DNA of 64,000 bases from Nitrospirales bacterium (lineage in GTDB: Bacteria > Nitrospirota > Nitrospiria > Nitrospirales > UBA8639). The notes beneath the pieces were generated by a model. The model worked only from the letters and a program-made list of their open reading frames with translations. It was not told where the DNA came from and made no database searches. The position numbers and the translations under genes were made by a program. Shown here in pieces: positions 62,062-64,000 of this stretch (positions are counted from its first letter, which is position 1; each line of letters opens with the position of its first letter). The stretch lies in the NCBI GenBank assembly GCA_965223295.1, contig CBDCWC010000002.1, positions 1,312,001 through 1,376,000 on the forward strand. The letters are read 5' to 3'.

Positions 62062-63039
62062 ATGAATGTTCGCACCGCCGTGGTCGTTCCATATTTCCAG
62101 AAGAAGAAGGGAGTACTAAGAAAATGCATTACTGCAGCGATCAATCAAAAAAATATTGATGACTATGAAATTATTGTCGTTGATGACGTTTCCCCTGTGG
62201 CACCGGAGTCTGAGCTACAAGACCTTCTTACGGAACATCCCGGAAAAATTCGTATCATTAAGCAAGCGAAAAACATGAAGCAGGGGCAAGCAAGAAACAG
62301 AGCACTAGACGAGTTGCGAGCCGAGACAGAATATGTGGCTTTTCTCGATTCTGACGATGAATGGACTGACGATCATTTGAGCCACGCTATCTTCGCGTTA
62401 GACAAAGGTTATGACTTTTATTTTTCTGACCACTATCAATTGCATCAGGACATATCAGCCTTCGAACGCTCAAAACGGATTAATGTAAACGACCATCCGC
62501 TCATTGGAGAAACCACGTGGCTCAGAGAATTTAAAAAAGATATGTTTACCCAAATTATCGTGGGAAACATCTTAGGGCAGTCAACAATCGTCTATCGAGT
62601 CAAAAAGTTTCCTGACCTGCGTTATCCTATAGAATTTACGATTACCGGAGAGGAATATTTATTTTGGCTTGACCTGGCGCGAGGGACTGACAAAATAGCG
62701 TTTTCCACGAAGTGTGAATGCCGTTATGGCGAAGGACTCAATGTCTATTCGGCCACCCTATGGGGGCATGAACGAGCTATTGAGAAGATCTATGATGATA
62801 TGCGTTATCGCAAGAAAATTATGGAACGCTACGAGCTCAATGCCGTACAGCACAAAGAACTTGAGCAGCGAATTAGCGGGCTGAGAAAATCCTTTGTCAG
62901 AGAAGTCCTCCACCGCCTTTCACATCGGATGCCTATCAAAAAACAGGAACTCATCAATTTCATAAAAATGGACCCCCCAGCACTGATGGCATTTATTCCT
63001 GGCACTTTTTCTGCTGTATTATCAATGATCAAACGCTAA
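62062..63039 (+). CDS. GT2 glycosyltransferase
   Basis: VVVPYFQ, IIVVDDVSP, ARNRAL, AFLDSDD, GEEYLFW. Confidence 0.88.
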   Translation: MNVRTAVVVPYFQKKKGVLRKCITAAINQKNIDDYEIIVVDDVSPVAPESELQDLLTEHPGKIRIIKQAKNMKQGQARNRALDELRAETEYVAFLDSDDEWTDDHLSHAIFALDKGYDFYFSDHYQLHQDISAFERSKRINVNDHPLIGETTWLREFKKDMFTQIIVGNILGQSTIVYRVKKFPDLRYPIEFTITGEEYLFWLDLARGTDKIAFSTKCECRYGEGLNVYSATLWGHERAIEKIYDDMRYRKKIMERYELNAVQHKELEQRISGLRKSFVREVLHRLSHRMPIKKQELINFIKMDPPALMAFIPGTFSAVLSMIKR

Positions 63040-63321
63040 ATTGGGAAACGGCTAAACGGGCTGTCGCGTACAATGACGACTCCGGCTCAACTTGAGGACG
63101 TTAAAGACCGAAATTTATCTTACAATCTGTCGCCAATTATGAGCCTTATCGATATATTCCTGAAACTCTCTTAAGGTCTATAGTCGGTTGTACCAACATC
63201 TATGTTAGGTATGATAATGTTTGGGTGTTCCTTAGATTATCCAGAAATATTGCTAAGGCAGGATTTATGAGAACGCTCACTTGTTGAGTATCATGCAGAC
63301 AAGAAAAGAAAGGGGATGTTC

Positions 63322-64000
63322 ATGCGAATACTGATTACTGGCGGAGCCGGTTTTCTCGGAAGCCATATATCGGACCTTCTTATTCAGCAGGGCCACGAAG
63401 TTATTGGCATGGATAACTTTATTACAGGCCGACCAGAAAATATCGCCCATCTGATTGGACGAGATCACTATACATTTATCAAATACAACGTCTGCGATTA
63501 CCTACATGTCGACGGCACATTAGATGCCGTCATGCACTTTGCTTCTCCAGCTAGCCCACAGGATTACCTTGAACTTCCAATTGCCACGATGAAAGTTGGT
63601 GCATTGGGGACCCATAAGGCTCTTGGCCTCGCCAAAGCCAAAGGAGCCAGATTTCTCTTAGCAAGTACCTCTGAGGTCTATGGCGATCCACTCGTTAACC
63701 CACAACCAGAAACCTATTGGGGAAACGTGAATCCTATTAGCCCAAGAGGCGTCTATGATGAGGCGAAACGGTTTGGGGAAGCACTCACGACTGCGTACCA
63801 TACATTTCATGGACTGGACACTCGAATTGTGCGAATTTTTAATACCTTTGGACCTCGGATGCGGCCAAAAGATGGTCGGGTTGTTTCGAACTTTATCGTC
63901 CAGGCCTTACAGAAAAAAGCCTTAAGTGTGTACGGCGATGGATCCCAAACCAGAAGCTTTTGTTATGCAGATGATCTTGTTCGAGGGATTGTTGCCTTGC
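63322..64000 (+). CDS. uxs: UDP-glucuronate decarboxylase (UDP-xylose synthase) family; runs off the window end
   Basis: Absent from the ORF track; manual translation [15 protein letters not shown]...HFASPASP...[11 protein letters not shown]...YWGNVNP...YDEAKR...[10 protein letters not shown]...DGRVVSNFI...[11 protein letters not shown]. Confidence 0.92.
   Translation, partial: MRILITGGAGFLGSHISDLLIQQGHEVIGMDNFITGRPENIAHLIGRDHYTFIKYNVCDYLHVDGTLDAVMHFASPASPQDYLELPIATMKVGALGTHKALGLAKAKGARFLLASTSEVYGDPLVNPQPETYWGNVNPISPRGVYDEAKRFGEALTTAYHTFHGLDTRIVRIFNTFGPRMRPKDGRVVSNFIVQALQKKALSVYGDGSQTRSFCYADDLVRGIVAL

Overview
Bacterial chromosomal window (roughly mid-40s % GC by eye; gene style and repeats suggest Nitrospirota, low confidence). 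(1) 36-3773: a GlrK/QseG-like/GlrR (QseEGF-type) sigma-54 signalling operon on the minus strand, with a consensus sigma-54 promoter pointing away from it. (2) 4395-13248: three domain-shuffled secreted proteins (FN3, InlB-B-like repeats, a Trp-rich Ig-like module, a beta-propeller, a WPDGS/PL26-like domain) around a sulfotransferase. (3) About 14.2-64 kb: a large, mostly minus-strand surface-polysaccharide cluster of the PEP-CTERM/exosortase-A-associated type (GT2/GT4/GT-C glycosyltransferases, Wzx, O-antigen-ligase-like protein, WecB, Uxs, two asparagine-synthase-like amidotransferases, FemAB-like protein, GNATs, carrier protein, AMP-ligase, PLP decarboxylase, four methyltransferases, deacetylase, SGNH protein, OM barrel), plus a three-gene ATP-grasp / MurF-like / PP-loop cassette. 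No exosortase, PEP-CTERM tail, tRNA, rRNA, CRISPR array or transposase was seen. Intergenic gaps hold four copies of a 173-190 bp MITE (three with exact 5-bp target duplications) and one element of a second family. Most interesting hypotheses: a split FN3 domain that could dock two secreted proteins by beta-strand donation, and an amide/peptide-ligase set decorating the polysaccharide. All family calls come from motif recognition by eye, not database searches.
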